A stretch of DNA of 60,802 nucleotides, counting the filler, from Dehalococcoidia bacterium (lineage in GTDB: Bacteria > Chloroflexota > Dehalococcoidia > DSTF01 > RBG-16-68-14): the NCBI GenBank assembly GCA_040882355.1. It is 6 parts of 6 records of this genome, joined end to end, with 100 filler letters (N's around TTAATTAATTAA, not from the genome) between each part and the next. Parts side by side here need not be neighbours in the genome. Positions count along the whole stretch, not along the records: positions 19,554 to 25,345 come from JBBEBM010000023.1; positions 25,446 to 31,140 come from JBBEBM010000025.1; positions 31,241 to 60,802 come from JBBEBM010000034.1; 3 more parts are not named here. One strand, written 5' to 3'. Positions 21,414-32,841 of the stretch are shown here, in pieces. Each line of letters begins with the position of its first letter. The first letter of the stretch is position 1. A program made the position numbers and the translations under genes. The notes below the pieces were generated by a model. It did not search any database. It saw nothing but the letters and a program-made list of their open reading frames with translations, and was not told the DNA's origin.

Positions 21414-21710
21414 CTAGATCCCCTCGAAGAAGGATATCTTGTCGCCCTCGACCAGGGTGACGATCGCCTTCTTCCAGTCACGAGTGCGCGTGACGCGGCG
21501 GCCGGAGCGCCGGCTCTTGCCACGGACGTTCATCGTGTTCACCTTCTCCACGTGTACGTCGAACGCCATCTCCACGGCGTGCCGGATCTGCTGCTTGTTC
21601 GAGCGCGTGTCCACCTCGAAGGCGTACTTGTTTTCGCCCGCCAGGATCGTCGCCTTCTCGGTGATGAGCGGCCGCACGATGATCTGGTACGCGTGGATCG
21701 ACTTATCCAT
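21414..21710 (-). CDS. rplW: 50S ribosomal protein L23
   Basis: PLITEKA...WKKAIVTL. Confidence 0.97.
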   Translation of the reverse strand: MDKSIHAYQIIVRPLITEKATILAGENKYAFEVDTRSNKQQIRHAVEMAFDVHVEKVNTMNVRGKSRRSGRRVTRTRDWKKAIVTLVEGDKISFFEGI

Positions 21711-22377
21711 CAGCGCTCACCTCCGGCCGCGGCGCGCGTCGCTTGCCCGCTCGTTCGCCGCCCCAGAGCGCCTCGGCAACGCGCACGGCGTCCTCCGTCA
21801 TGAGCAGCCCTCGGTGCGCGAGCAGATCGAGCACGTTCAGGTACGATGCCGGCAGCCAGGCCACCTTCGGCAGGTTGCGCGCGCTCAGCTTCACGTTGGA
21901 GTCGGGCTGAGCCGTGACGACCAGGGTCGAGCGTTCGAAGCCCAGGTTGTCGAGCACCGTACCCATCTCCCTGGTGCGCGGCTGCTCCATCGCCAGGTCG
22001 TCGATCACCTTGAGCGAGCCGTCCGCGGCCTTTGCCGAGAGCACCGAGCGGATGGCGAGCCGGCGCATGCGCTTCGGCAGGTCCTGCCGGTAGCTGCGCG
22101 GTCGCGGGCCGAAGGTGATACCGCCTCCACGCCGGTGAGGCGCCCGGATGCCGCCCTGACGGGCGCGACCGGTGCCCTTCTGCCGGAAGAGCTTCTTCGT
22201 GCTGCCCCTGACTTCGCCGCGCGTCTTCGTCTTGTGCGTTCCCTGGCGCTGGTTGGCGCGATGGGCAACAAGCGCCTGGTGTACCAGAGCACGGCGCGGC
22301 TTGAGCCCGAAGACGAGGTCGTCCACCTCGATCGTCTTCACCTTCGCGCCCTGCCTGTCGCACACGTCCAACTCCAT
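21703..22377 (-). CDS. rplD: 50S ribosomal protein L4
   Basis: [15 protein letters not shown]...[11 protein letters not shown]. Confidence 0.97.
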   Translation of the reverse strand: MELDVCDRQGAKVKTIEVDDLVFGLKPRRALVHQALVAHRANQRQGTHKTKTRGEVRGSTKKLFRQKGTGRARQGGIRAPHRRGGGITFGPRPRSYRQDLPKRMRRLAIRSVLSAKAADGSLKVIDDLAMEQPRTREMGTVLDNLGFERSTLVVTAQPDSNVKLSARNLPKVAWLPASYLNVLDLLAHRGLLMTEDAVRVAEALWGGERAGKRRAPRPEVSADG

Positions 22378-23188
22378 CACGACTTGGCCTCGGCCTCGGC
22401 GGGCTCCGCAGGCGCGTCTTCGCCGCTTTCGGGCGCTTCTGCCGTGTCCTCGACCGCGGGCGTCTCTTCGGCTGGGGGCGCCTGCTCCGCTTCAGCAGCG
22501 GGCGGCGCTTCCTCGTCTTCAGCAATAGGCGTCTCAGCTTCGACAGTCACCTTCCGGTCACGGGCGACCTCAAGCGTCTTCTTGGCATACCGGATCTTGA
22601 GCAGGCCGTTGCGCGCGCCCGGTACGGCGCCCGCGACGAGAAGCAGGCCGCGCGCGGCGTTGCTCTGCAACACCTCCAGGTTGCGCACCGTCACCCGCTC
22701 TGCGCCCATGTGGCCGGCCATGCGCATTCCTTTGAAGACGCGGCCCGGCGTGTTCCCCGCGCCGATGGCGCCGGGCGCCCGGTGCCGGTCCGACTGGCCG
22801 TGCGTCTTTGGACCTCCGGCGAAGTGGTGGCGCTTCACGCCTCCGGCAAAGCCTCGCCCCTTGCTCGTACCAGTTATGTCTACTACGTCGCCTTCCTGGA
22901 AGATCTCGACACCAACGCGCTCCCCGACCTTGTGCTGGCCGGGATCGTCGACGCGGACTTCGCGCAAGTGGCGGAGATCGCCCAGGCGCTTCAGGTGGCC
23001 GCGCATCGGCTTGTTGAGGCGCTTCTTCGCGCCGAAGCCAAGCTGCACCGCCTGGTAACCGTCGGTCTCACTCGTACGGAGCTGTGTCACCAGGCAGGGC
23101 CCCGCCTCAATGACGGTGGCAGCGCGCATGCGGCCCTGCTTGTCAAAGAGCTGTACCATGCCCACCTTGCGCCCCAGCAGCCCCTGGA

Positions 23189-23192
<4 letters not shown>
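22377..23192 (-). CDS. rplC: 50S ribosomal protein L3 with acidic C-terminal extension
   Basis: [30 protein letters not shown]; Glu/Ala/Pro-rich tail. Confidence 0.97.
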
Positions 23193-23497
<305 letters not shown>

Positions 23498-23498
23498 G

Positions 23499-25345
<1,847 letters not shown>

Positions 25346-25445
25346 NNNNNNNNNNNNNNNNNNNNNNNNNNNNNNNNNNNNNNNNNNNNTTAATTAATTA
25401 ANNNNNNNNNNNNNNNNNNNNNNNNNNNNNNNNNNNNNNNNNNNN

Positions 25446-25591
25446 AACCGTTTCCGGAAATCCGCCGCCATGTGCGCATGGTGGGCGGGTCCCGCGTGCG
25501 GTGCTTTCGTTTCGGTCTCCTTCTTGGCGAGATCGTCGTGGGCCGGCTCAGTTTTTGGCTTGTCCTGTGTTGCGTGATCATGTCCCTTCAC
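25446..25591 (-). CDS. N-terminus of a heavy-metal (Cu) P1B-type ATPase (partial)
   Basis: His-rich leader ending HHAHMAADFRKR, typical of CopB-like ATPases; copper-gene context. Confidence 0.6.
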
Positions 25592-25797
25592 TGCGGGTCT
25601 CCTGTCATTAGTTCGACAACGCCTTGGCCTGCTGCCTCACGCACGCATCGGCAATACGCACAGTCGCAACCCTCGCGACACTCGTGGGCTGTCGCACTGG
25701 CCTGGAGGCGCGCCGCGTGCGCTCGCGCGAAGGGATACATCAGCGGCGTCCACCAACAACCGTAGTAGTACCCCCTGCCCTGAGAGGCGCCGCGTAA

Positions 25798-25887
25798 GTA
25801 GAGGGCGAAGTTATATGCCTGCTCATCCTCGACCCAGGTCACCCCGAGTGGAAGCGGCGTGCCCTCAGCGGCCGTCCAGTGACCCAT
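25798..25887 (-). pseudogene. 5' fragment of a glycogen debranching enzyme (isoamylase/GlgX-like)
   Basis: EGTPLPLGVTWVEDEQAYNFALY, after which similarity is lost. Confidence 0.6.
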
Positions 25888-26156
25888 CACCGGGCCGGCT
25901 GCCGTTTGGAGCGCGGACCGGCGCGGCGACCAGACGGCGCACCTTCCGATTGATCTAGGGGTGTCTTTGCGCGTGCCGCGAGCACTTCCCGCTCCGCCGC
26001 CAACCAATCCTCGATCTCGAATCCGAAGATGCGGCCGCGGTCGCAGTAGCGGTAATAGGCGCGCAACGTGATCTCCTGCCGCAGGGGTTCATCATCCGCC
26101 GGTACTGACTGGCCGGCTCCGGCTCGACGCTTGGTCACGCTCGTTCGTGTAGTCAT
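25887..26156 (-). CDS. DUF2934 domain protein
   Basis: EITLRAYYRYCDRG...EDWLAAEREV. Confidence 0.8.
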   Translation of the reverse strand: MTTRTSVTKRRAGAGQSVPADDEPLRQEITLRAYYRYCDRGRIFGFEIEDWLAAEREVLAARAKTPLDQSEGAPSGRRAGPRSKRQPAR

Positions 26157-26263
26157 CGTTCTCCTTCCCGCCTTCCATTCGTGTCGCCAAATTGTGTCGT
26201 CAGCCGCTCATTCGACGATGATCTTTCCTGGCGTCATGGCGTTCTCCCTGGGTGGTTTTCTTC

Positions 26264-26527
26264 CTACCGGGCCCCCGGTGCACTAAAGACGTTGTACAGC
26301 GGCACCCAGATCAGCGCGACATACCACCCGTAGCCGTAACTCTCCACGAGACCGAGCAAGAAGCTCGACCAACTAATCCAGGTGAAGCCTGGGAGCAGCG
26401 CCTGCCAGCTCCGGTACATGGCCATTTGCGGAAATACAAGGTCGAATGCCACGCACAACACAAACGTGATGGCCAGAAACAGACTCGTGGCATGGCCAAA
26501 CGCCACCAACGAAAGACTGTGCTTCAT
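26264..26527 (-). CDS. DUF5676-like small membrane protein
   Basis: LLPGFTWISWSSFLLGLVESYGYGWY; typical of copper islands. Confidence 0.75.
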   Translation of the reverse strand: MKHSLSLVAFGHATSLFLAITFVLCVAFDLVFPQMAMYRSWQALLPGFTWISWSSFLLGLVESYGYGWYVALIWVPLYNVFSAPGAR

Positions 26528-26817
26528 CGGACACCTCCCGCGACCGAAGCGTACTGGTCCGGATTTGCTTCGAACTTATCCAGACAAGCCCGGGAGCAGA
26601 GACGATAGCCGCGGCCTTCGTACATCTTCGTGTAGCCCTGCCCCGGCGCCACGTCCATGCCGCACACGGGATCCCTGGCAGACGTGCCTTGCTCGTGCCC
26701 GGCGTGCTCGCCCTGGCCACGGCCGCCATGGCCGTGCACCATGTGAGCTCCGCAACCGAAGCGCATCATGAAATAGAACAACGCCGCAAAGAGCAGGAAC
26801 GTGCCCAAACCCTCCAT
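26524..26817 (-). CDS. YHS/TRASH domain protein with His-rich linker
   Basis: FGCGAHMVHGHG...DPVCGMDV...LCSRACLDKF. Confidence 0.85.
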   Translation of the reverse strand: MEGLGTFLLFAALFYFMMRFGCGAHMVHGHGGRGQGEHAGHEQGTSARDPVCGMDVAPGQGYTKMYEGRGYRLCSRACLDKFEANPDQYASVAGGVR

Positions 26818-26888
26818 AGCCGTCCCCCTTTCCTCACGTTTGCTTCTGCGAATCCATTTTCATCACCCCGTCCTCGAATCCCTGGCTT

Positions 26889-27110
26889 CTATTTGCGAAG
26901 GTCCGTCAGCCTGCGCTCGTATTCCTCCCGGTCGACCTCGCCGCGCGCGTAGCGTCGCTTGAGGATCGTTTCCGGTGAGTCCTCTCCGCGTGGTGGCGAC
27001 GGCGATCCGGCTGCCCGAGCAATGGCCCAAACGAGGAGCACCAGCAGGCCGAGCCCGACAATCCACCACAGCCACATCCAACCCATGTGAGCGCCGTATC
27101 CTGTCCACAT
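26889..27110 (-). CDS. SHOCT domain membrane protein
   Basis: TM helix followed by ETILKRRYARGEVDREEYERRL. Confidence 0.85.
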   Translation of the reverse strand: MWTGYGAHMGWMWLWWIVGLGLLVLLVWAIARAAGSPSPPRGEDSPETILKRRYARGEVDREEYERRLTDLRK

Positions 27111-27208
27111 GTCATCTCCTTTGCACGAGCGATCGACCTCTGGCCGTTCAGACGGTGTGCCTTCGCGTCACGTAGTGGACCGGATCGCGCAGGAAGTGCT
27201 CCCGGCAG

Positions 27209-27397
27209 GTTGAGGATCGGCACCCCCGAGCGCAGCAGCTCCGACACGCCGCCGCCGTACGGGGTGGCACTGACATGGAGCACCCGGGCGCCTCGAAGAT
27301 CTTCCGCGTGTCGCACGAGATCATCGAGCACGGCGTCCGGCGCGACGCCTCGGTACGCGCTCAGCGAACGCAGTCCGACATCGACGAGCTCGAGCAT
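27209..27397 (-). pseudogene. 5' fragment of a trehalose synthase (TreT-like glycosyltransferase)
   Basis: LRGARVLHVSATPYGGGVSELLRS, truncated after about 63 codons. Confidence 0.7.
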
Positions 27398-27574
27398 CGC
27401 AGTCCTCCCAACGCATCGGGTGAGCTGTCGGACGAGCGGGCCAACGACATGCTGATGTTCAAAGGCGGACGACAGGTGCTGGATCCGTTGCGTTCGACAA
27501 GCTCGGTATCCCGTTGAGGGCAGATCATATGGGCCAAGTGGTACGCTGCGTGATTTTCTCGATTCTGTTCCCGC

Positions 27575-28486
27575 CTACGGTTTCGGCGGGTAGGCGGCCA
27601 GATACACGAGGGCTGCGCTGATCTCCGCTGGGGTCAGGTAGGGAAAGACTGGCATTTTCGGCGGCCCCATCATCGGCATCATCATGCGTGACGACCCGTC
27701 GCGGACCTTGGCGATGACCTCGCCGACCGTCGCCTCGGCTCCCAGGCTGGCCAGCGAAGGAATGTTCTCGCGCAGCATCATCTGGCCCATCATCCGGCGC
27801 CCCATCATCCGGCCGACGCCGGGGCCCGTCGCGTCGTGACAAGTGCGGCAGGTCCCCTTGACCAGGAGCTCGCCGACGCGCGCCGCCGGCACGGTCAACA
27901 GCTGGTCCGTTAGGCTGGCGTCCGGCACACGCGAAAGCTTCTCGAGGTGGCCGACCAGCGCGCCGACCTCATCGGCGTGCAGGTGGTCAAAGGGTGGCAT
28001 CTTCTCTCCGCCGTTCCTGAGACGCGCGCGGAGGTCCCCTTTGGCGCTGGCCGCGATCTCCTCCAAGAAGGCTTCGTCAACGGGCCTGCCCTTCTCGCGG
28101 AACTGCTGCACTAGCCAGGCCGCGGAAGTACCTTGGACCGGGCCGAGGAGCGAATTGATCTCCGGTGGCGAACCGGCGCCTTCCGGTCCGTGACACGCTT
28201 GGCAGCTCAGCCGGTACAGATCGGCGCCGGCCAGCGTAAACGGCTGCTTCGGTCGAGTGGCCAGGTTCGGCTCGCGCCGTTCCGAGGGGGGCGCTGGTGC
28301 TCGGCCTCCCATCCGTCCCAGCGCCGTGGCGTCGACGGCCAGCCCATGGCGTTTCAGCCAACTTGCCCCGGCGACCGCCGACACACCAGACAGGTCCCCA
28401 GAGACCGCCGGGCCAGGCGCGCCGCAGCCGAAAGTCGGCAGGGTCGTAGCCGCGAGCGCGATTGCACGAAGAGCGGTCCGTCTCAT
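27575..28486 (-). CDS. Diheme cytochrome c lipoprotein with Met-rich inserts
   Basis: CQACH and CRTCH; lipobox TFGC; ATGA overlap with the upstream gene. Confidence 0.8.
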   Translation of the reverse strand: MRRTALRAIALAATTLPTFGCGAPGPAVSGDLSGVSAVAGASWLKRHGLAVDATALGRMGGRAPAPPSERREPNLATRPKQPFTLAGADLYRLSCQACHGPEGAGSPPEINSLLGPVQGTSAAWLVQQFREKGRPVDEAFLEEIAASAKGDLRARLRNGGEKMPPFDHLHADEVGALVGHLEKLSRVPDASLTDQLLTVPAARVGELLVKGTCRTCHDATGPGVGRMMGRRMMGQMMLRENIPSLASLGAEATVGEVIAKVRDGSSRMMMPMMGPPKMPVFPYLTPAEISAALVYLAAYPPKP

Positions 28487-28956
28487 CGCGCCGGCGGAGC
28501 GCTCGGAGCCGGCGGCGTTGGCGGACGGGGGGTCCCCAGCACTTCCAAATAGGCCACCAGCGCATCGATGTCGCCAGCGGCGACCGTCCGGCCCCGAGGC
28601 GGGCACTGCGGCGATCGACCGACGGCGGCGCTCCCGCCCTCGATGATCTGCCTCCAGTACGACGGTTCATGCTCCTTGAGCGATTCGCGGAAGTTGGGGG
28701 GCTGCGGATCGAGATTGTACGCGTTCTGGCCGTCACCTTCGCCGGCCTCACCGTGGCACGTTGCGCAGTAGTGAGCGAACAGCCGCTTGCCGTCGGTCTG
28801 TACGCGCGTCAGGCCTTCTTCCTGATCGTGCCGCTGAAACACCTCCGTCACCGGATCAGCAGGGGGCTCCCCGCGCGCGCGGCGGCAGGCCGTCCCTCCG
28901 ATCAGGACGCCCGCAAGGATTACGAGCGCGCTCGTCGCCCGAATGGCTGCCGTCAC
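28483..28956 (-). CDS. Monoheme cytochrome c lipoprotein
   Basis: CATCH; lipobox GTAC; GTGA overlap with the upstream gene. Confidence 0.8.
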   Translation of the reverse strand: MTAAIRATSALVILAGVLIGGTACRRARGEPPADPVTEVFQRHDQEEGLTRVQTDGKRLFAHYCATCHGEAGEGDGQNAYNLDPQPPNFRESLKEHEPSYWRQIIEGGSAAVGRSPQCPPRGRTVAAGDIDALVAYLEVLGTPRPPTPPAPSAPPAR

Positions 28957-30953
28957 GGATTCCTCCCGGCGCTGGCGGTGGTGAGCGTCATCAGGTACGT
29001 CACCAGATCGCGTACTTCTTCCGTCTTGAGGCCGTAATCCGGTTGAAGCGTGCCAGGCTTCCACGTGTCCGGCGCCGACAGCCACGCGTCGATCCACCCG
29101 GGCTTGAGCCGGCGTCCCGTGTCGCTCAGGTCTGGACCGATGTAACCACCGCTGGTGCCGACGATGTGACAGCTCCGGCAGCCGAGCGAGGCGAACAGCC
29201 GCTCGCCCCGCCGCGCCGCGTCAGCGTCCACCTGAAACGGACCTTCGAGCGCATCGTCGATGAACACGGTCGAGAAGTACTCCGCGAGCGTGCGCGCCTC
29301 CTCGGCGGTCATCTTGAAATTCGGCATCCGCTCCTCGATGTCCACACGGACCGCGCCAGGGTTCTGCAGATAGCTCACGAGGTATGCATGCTGGAGCTGC
29401 GATCCGATCCTGTCGAGCGGCACGGTCGACAGCGTGCCGCCAAAGCCGCGTACCTGGTGGCACGAGAGACACCGGTAACGGTTGACAAGGGCCCCGAAGG
29501 CACCCTGCGGTTCGTACGGCTCTGGCCGCGGCGCGTTGGTCACGCGCGAGGCGGCCAAGTCTCCCTTCCGGATGCTCAGGAGTCCGAGGACGATCGAGGC
29601 GGCGTCCAGCTCGGTGAACGCGTAGGTCGGCATGCGCGACTGCTCGGTGAGCTTGTCCGGCTCGCGCACCTTCAGGAACAGATAGCTGGGCAGTGTCGGA
29701 TTGACCGCCTCGCCTTGGAATTCCTCCGGCTCGACCGCCCGGTCACCGCTGCCGACCAGGCTCGGCCCGATCTTCGGCAGATCTTCCATTCCCGCGAAGC
29801 GGTGACAGCCGTAGCACCCGTGTCGAATGAATGCTTCGCGACCCTGCTCGAGGAGCGCCGGATTCTGGTATCTGACGTCGGGGGCGGCCCCCGATCGCCC
29901 GGTGTCGACGCCGACCAGTTCTTCGGTCAAGTACGCCACGAGGTCGCGGATCTCGTCGTCGGTGAAGCGATAGCGGAGCATCAGGGTGTCGGGCTGGTCG
30001 CGTGTCGGATCCTTCAGGAAGCTGAAGAGCCATTCCCGGCGGACTTTGTTGCCAACAGCGGACAGGTCGGGGCCCAGGGTGCCGCCGCGGCCGTCGATCA
30101 TGTGGCAGGTCACGCAGCGCGCCTCGCCAAACAGGATCCGACCACGCGACCCGTCCGCCGTTTCCCAATTGACAGCGGAGGAGTCGAGCGGCGCGACTGC
30201 GCGCTGGGCGGCCAGAAAGGCGCTCAGGCCCGCGATCTCGTCCGGCGGAAGCCGGAAGTTCGGCATGCGGGCCTGCGCAAGGTAGTCGCGTGGATTCGCC
30301 AGCCAGCCGTCGATCCATCCCGGCTGCAGCTTGTAGCCCACGCTTTCCAAACGGGGCGCGCGTACCTCCTCGCGGGAGAAACCCGGAATGTCATGGCACG
30401 CGGCGCACCCGGCGCGGGCGATGTGCTCGCGCCCGGATGTCAGCCAGAACGCCTGCGGCACCACACGCTGGCGGTGACAGCTCCCACAGTTGGCCTCGAT
30501 GAGCTGGCCCGCTCGCACCGGCTCGGGCCAGTACGGGATCTCACCATGCGCCGCGTCGCGGTACGTGGTGGCTTCTCCCTGTCCGCCGTGACAGATCGTG
30601 CAGCCATAGCGATCGGGGGGATGCGTCCGCATCCACGCGCCCGGGTGCGTGGCAAACGGCTGCGGTGCGTCCGCGAAGGATGGATCGTCCACACCCAGAT
30701 GGCACGTGGTACACCGATCGACCCTGTCGAGATCGGTCAGCCAGATCTGTCGGATGCCGCCGACTGGCGGCGCCAGGCTGAGCGCGTGTGGGTCCTTTAC
30801 CTCGCGCTCGAACCGCCTGAACTGCGCCTGCGTGGTGCGCCACTCGGCCAGATATTCCTGGAAGAACACCCAGGCGAAGATCGCCAGGAAGGCGACACCC
30901 AGCGCGGCGAACACGGCGTGCATCCGCGTGGGAGCAACCTGCGGTGCCCGCAT
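28953..30953 (-). CDS. Membrane-anchored octaheme cytochrome c
   Basis: Eight CxxCH motifs (CTTCH, CTICH, CGSCH, CAACH, CVTCH, CYGCH, CLSCH, CRSCH) and an N-terminal TM helix. Confidence 0.9.
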   Translation of the reverse strand: MRAPQVAPTRMHAVFAALGVAFLAIFAWVFFQEYLAEWRTTQAQFRRFEREVKDPHALSLAPPVGGIRQIWLTDLDRVDRCTTCHLGVDDPSFADAPQPFATHPGAWMRTHPPDRYGCTICHGGQGEATTYRDAAHGEIPYWPEPVRAGQLIEANCGSCHRQRVVPQAFWLTSGREHIARAGCAACHDIPGFSREEVRAPRLESVGYKLQPGWIDGWLANPRDYLAQARMPNFRLPPDEIAGLSAFLAAQRAVAPLDSSAVNWETADGSRGRILFGEARCVTCHMIDGRGGTLGPDLSAVGNKVRREWLFSFLKDPTRDQPDTLMLRYRFTDDEIRDLVAYLTEELVGVDTGRSGAAPDVRYQNPALLEQGREAFIRHGCYGCHRFAGMEDLPKIGPSLVGSGDRAVEPEEFQGEAVNPTLPSYLFLKVREPDKLTEQSRMPTYAFTELDAASIVLGLLSIRKGDLAASRVTNAPRPEPYEPQGAFGALVNRYRCLSCHQVRGFGGTLSTVPLDRIGSQLQHAYLVSYLQNPGAVRVDIEERMPNFKMTAEEARTLAEYFSTVFIDDALEGPFQVDADAARRGERLFASLGCRSCHIVGTSGGYIGPDLSDTGRRLKPGWIDAWLSAPDTWKPGTLQPDYGLKTEEVRDLVTYLMTLTTASAGRNP

Positions 30954-31020
30954 CAGCCCTTCCTCCCGACGTGGTCCGTGGCCCGTTCACCAGTCATACC
31001 CTGATAGCTCCCGTTGCCTC

Positions 31021-31140
31021 CTACTGGGTCCAAGGCCAGACCCATGCCCAGTTGGGCCCGCGAAAGAACGTACCGACCAAGGTCAGGAGGATCATGATCG
31101 ACGCGACCGCGGCAAAGAGGCCGTTGGCCCAACGCCGCTC
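31021..31140 (-). CDS. C-terminus of a cytochrome b subunit IV-like protein (partial)
   Basis: LLTLVGTFFRGPNWAWVWPW; lies directly upstream of the multiheme cytochrome. Confidence 0.6.
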   Translation of the reverse strand, partial: ERRWANGLFAAVASIMILLTLVGTFFRGPNWAWVWPWTQ

Positions 31141-31241
31141 NNNNNNNNNNNNNNNNNNNNNNNNNNNNNNNNNNNNNNNNNNNNTTAATTAATTAANNNN
31201 NNNNNNNNNNNNNNNNNNNNNNNNNNNNNNNNNNNNNNNNC

Positions 31242-32048
31242 GTCCACAAGGACTACCGTCGCCAGGGCTACGGCGATCAGGTGCGGAGCCTCGGCTGGGC
31301 CGCCGGCGCGTCGCGCCCGAGCGTGACGCAGTTCGACTACATGCGCTCGCAGAACTTCACGGTCGTCAACTGGTGGAAGAAGTACAACCCGTCGTTCTTC
31401 GACGACGTGCCGGAACGCGAGGGCGACGTGCCCGGCATCTCGGTAACGGCGCTCCAGTACCCGCGCCGCGCGTTCGACGGCGACGCGACGGGCATCCGGA
31501 AGGCGCGCCGCGAGGACATCGCGCGCTGTGTCGCGCTGATCAACCGCACGCATCGCGGGCACGACCTCTTCCGCACGTACAGCGATGGCTTCCTGCTGGA
31601 GCGGCTGGGCGACGGCTACTGGGGCGCGCACCTGGACCCGTGGATGCCGTCCGAGCGCACGCCGCAGGTCTACGGCCTAGATAACCTCTACGTGCTGGAG
31701 GAGGACGGCCGGGTCGTGGCGTGCGCCGGGCTGTGGGACCGCGGGCGCGACATCCGCGACGTCTGGCGGCACACGAAGACCGGCGAGTCGAAGACGATCG
31801 AGACGACGGCGGTGCTCGACATCGGCTTTGCGCGGGGGCATGAGGCGTCGCTCGCGCGGCTGCTCGCCTACCTGATCGGCGAGGCCGACCGCCTCGGCCG
31901 CGACTTCCTGACCGTGCCGCTCGACCCGTTCCCGAAGGTCGCCGCGCTGCTCGAGCGCTTCGAGCCGGTGCCAGAGGTGCGCGCCTTGCGCTGGGGCCTG
32001 CGCGAGCCTGCGATCACGAAGCCGCATACGGACCTGGTGTACTGGTAA
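31242..32048 (+). CDS. GNAT-family N-acetyltransferase-like protein (5' end truncated)
   Basis: VHKDYRRQGYG acetyl-CoA-binding motif A, plus a second GNAT-like repeat. Confidence 0.65.
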   Translation, partial: VHKDYRRQGYGDQVRSLGWAAGASRPSVTQFDYMRSQNFTVVNWWKKYNPSFFDDVPEREGDVPGISVTALQYPRRAFDGDATGIRKARREDIARCVALINRTHRGHDLFRTYSDGFLLERLGDGYWGAHLDPWMPSERTPQVYGLDNLYVLEEDGRVVACAGLWDRGRDIRDVWRHTKTGESKTIETTAVLDIGFARGHEASLARLLAYLIGEADRLGRDFLTVPLDPFPKVAALLERFEPVPEVRALRWGLREPAITKPHTDLVYW

Positions 32049-32052
32049 GTCG

Positions 32053-32841
32053 ATGAATCACCAGCACGGCACGTTCAGCGGTCGTGGAGGCCTCTCGCTC
32101 TACCACCAGCGGTGGCTGCCGGACGGCGACGCCAAGGCGGTGCTGCTGATTGCGCACGGGTACGCAGAACACAGCGGGCGCTACGGGAACGTCGTCGACT
32201 ACTTCGTCCCGCGCGGCTATGCGATCTGGGCGCTCGACCATCGCGGGCACGGGCGCTCCGAAGGCGAGCGGGTCTACATCGAGACGTTCGACGACTACGT
32301 GACCGACCTGCGGACGTTCTTCGAGATGGTGCGCGACGCGAACGCGGGCCTGCCGGTATACCTGATCGGGCACAGCATGGGCGCGTTCATCGCGACCGCG
32401 TACGCGGCGAAGCATCAGGACGACCTGACCGGCCTCATCCTTTCGGGCGGCGGCATCGGCACCGGGCGGCGGCCGACGAGCGCAGGCCCGAGCCAGATCG
32501 ACCTGTCGACGACGCTGAGCCGCGACCCGGCGGTCGGCGAGGCCTACCGGACCGACCCGCTGGTCTTCCACGGCACGCCGCCGGAGAGCCGTCGCGAGGC
32601 GATGATGGCGTTCTGGAGTGAGCTGCGGGACATGGCGCGCGCGATCACCCTGCCGGTGCTGATCGTCGCGGGCGCGGCCTCGCCGCTGGGCGACGGGCCG
32701 GGCAGCGAGCGACTGTTCGAGACGGTGTCGTCGGAAGACAAGACCCTCAAGCTGTACGACGGCTTGCTGCACGAGATCTTCAACGAACCGGAGCGGGAGC
32801 AGGTCTTCGCCGACATGGAGGCATGGCTGGCGAGCCACTGA
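32053..32841 (+). CDS. Alpha/beta hydrolase (lysophospholipase/monoglyceride lipase-like)
   Basis: HGYAEHSGRY, DHRGHGRS, GHSMG, HEIFNEPE. Confidence 0.92.
   Translation: MNHQHGTFSGRGGLSLYHQRWLPDGDAKAVLLIAHGYAEHSGRYGNVVDYFVPRGYAIWALDHRGHGRSEGERVYIETFDDYVTDLRTFFEMVRDANAGLPVYLIGHSMGAFIATAYAAKHQDDLTGLILSGGGIGTGRRPTSAGPSQIDLSTTLSRDPAVGEAYRTDPLVFHGTPPESRREAMMAFWSELRDMARAITLPVLIVAGAASPLGDGPGSERLFETVSSEDKTLKLYDGLLHEIFNEPEREQVFADMEAWLASH

Noticed and set aside
25588..25797. Cys-rich CREGCDCAYCRC peptide after the glgX-like stub
   Set aside because: No start, RBS or recognisable family; probably read-through of a remnant into non-coding DNA.
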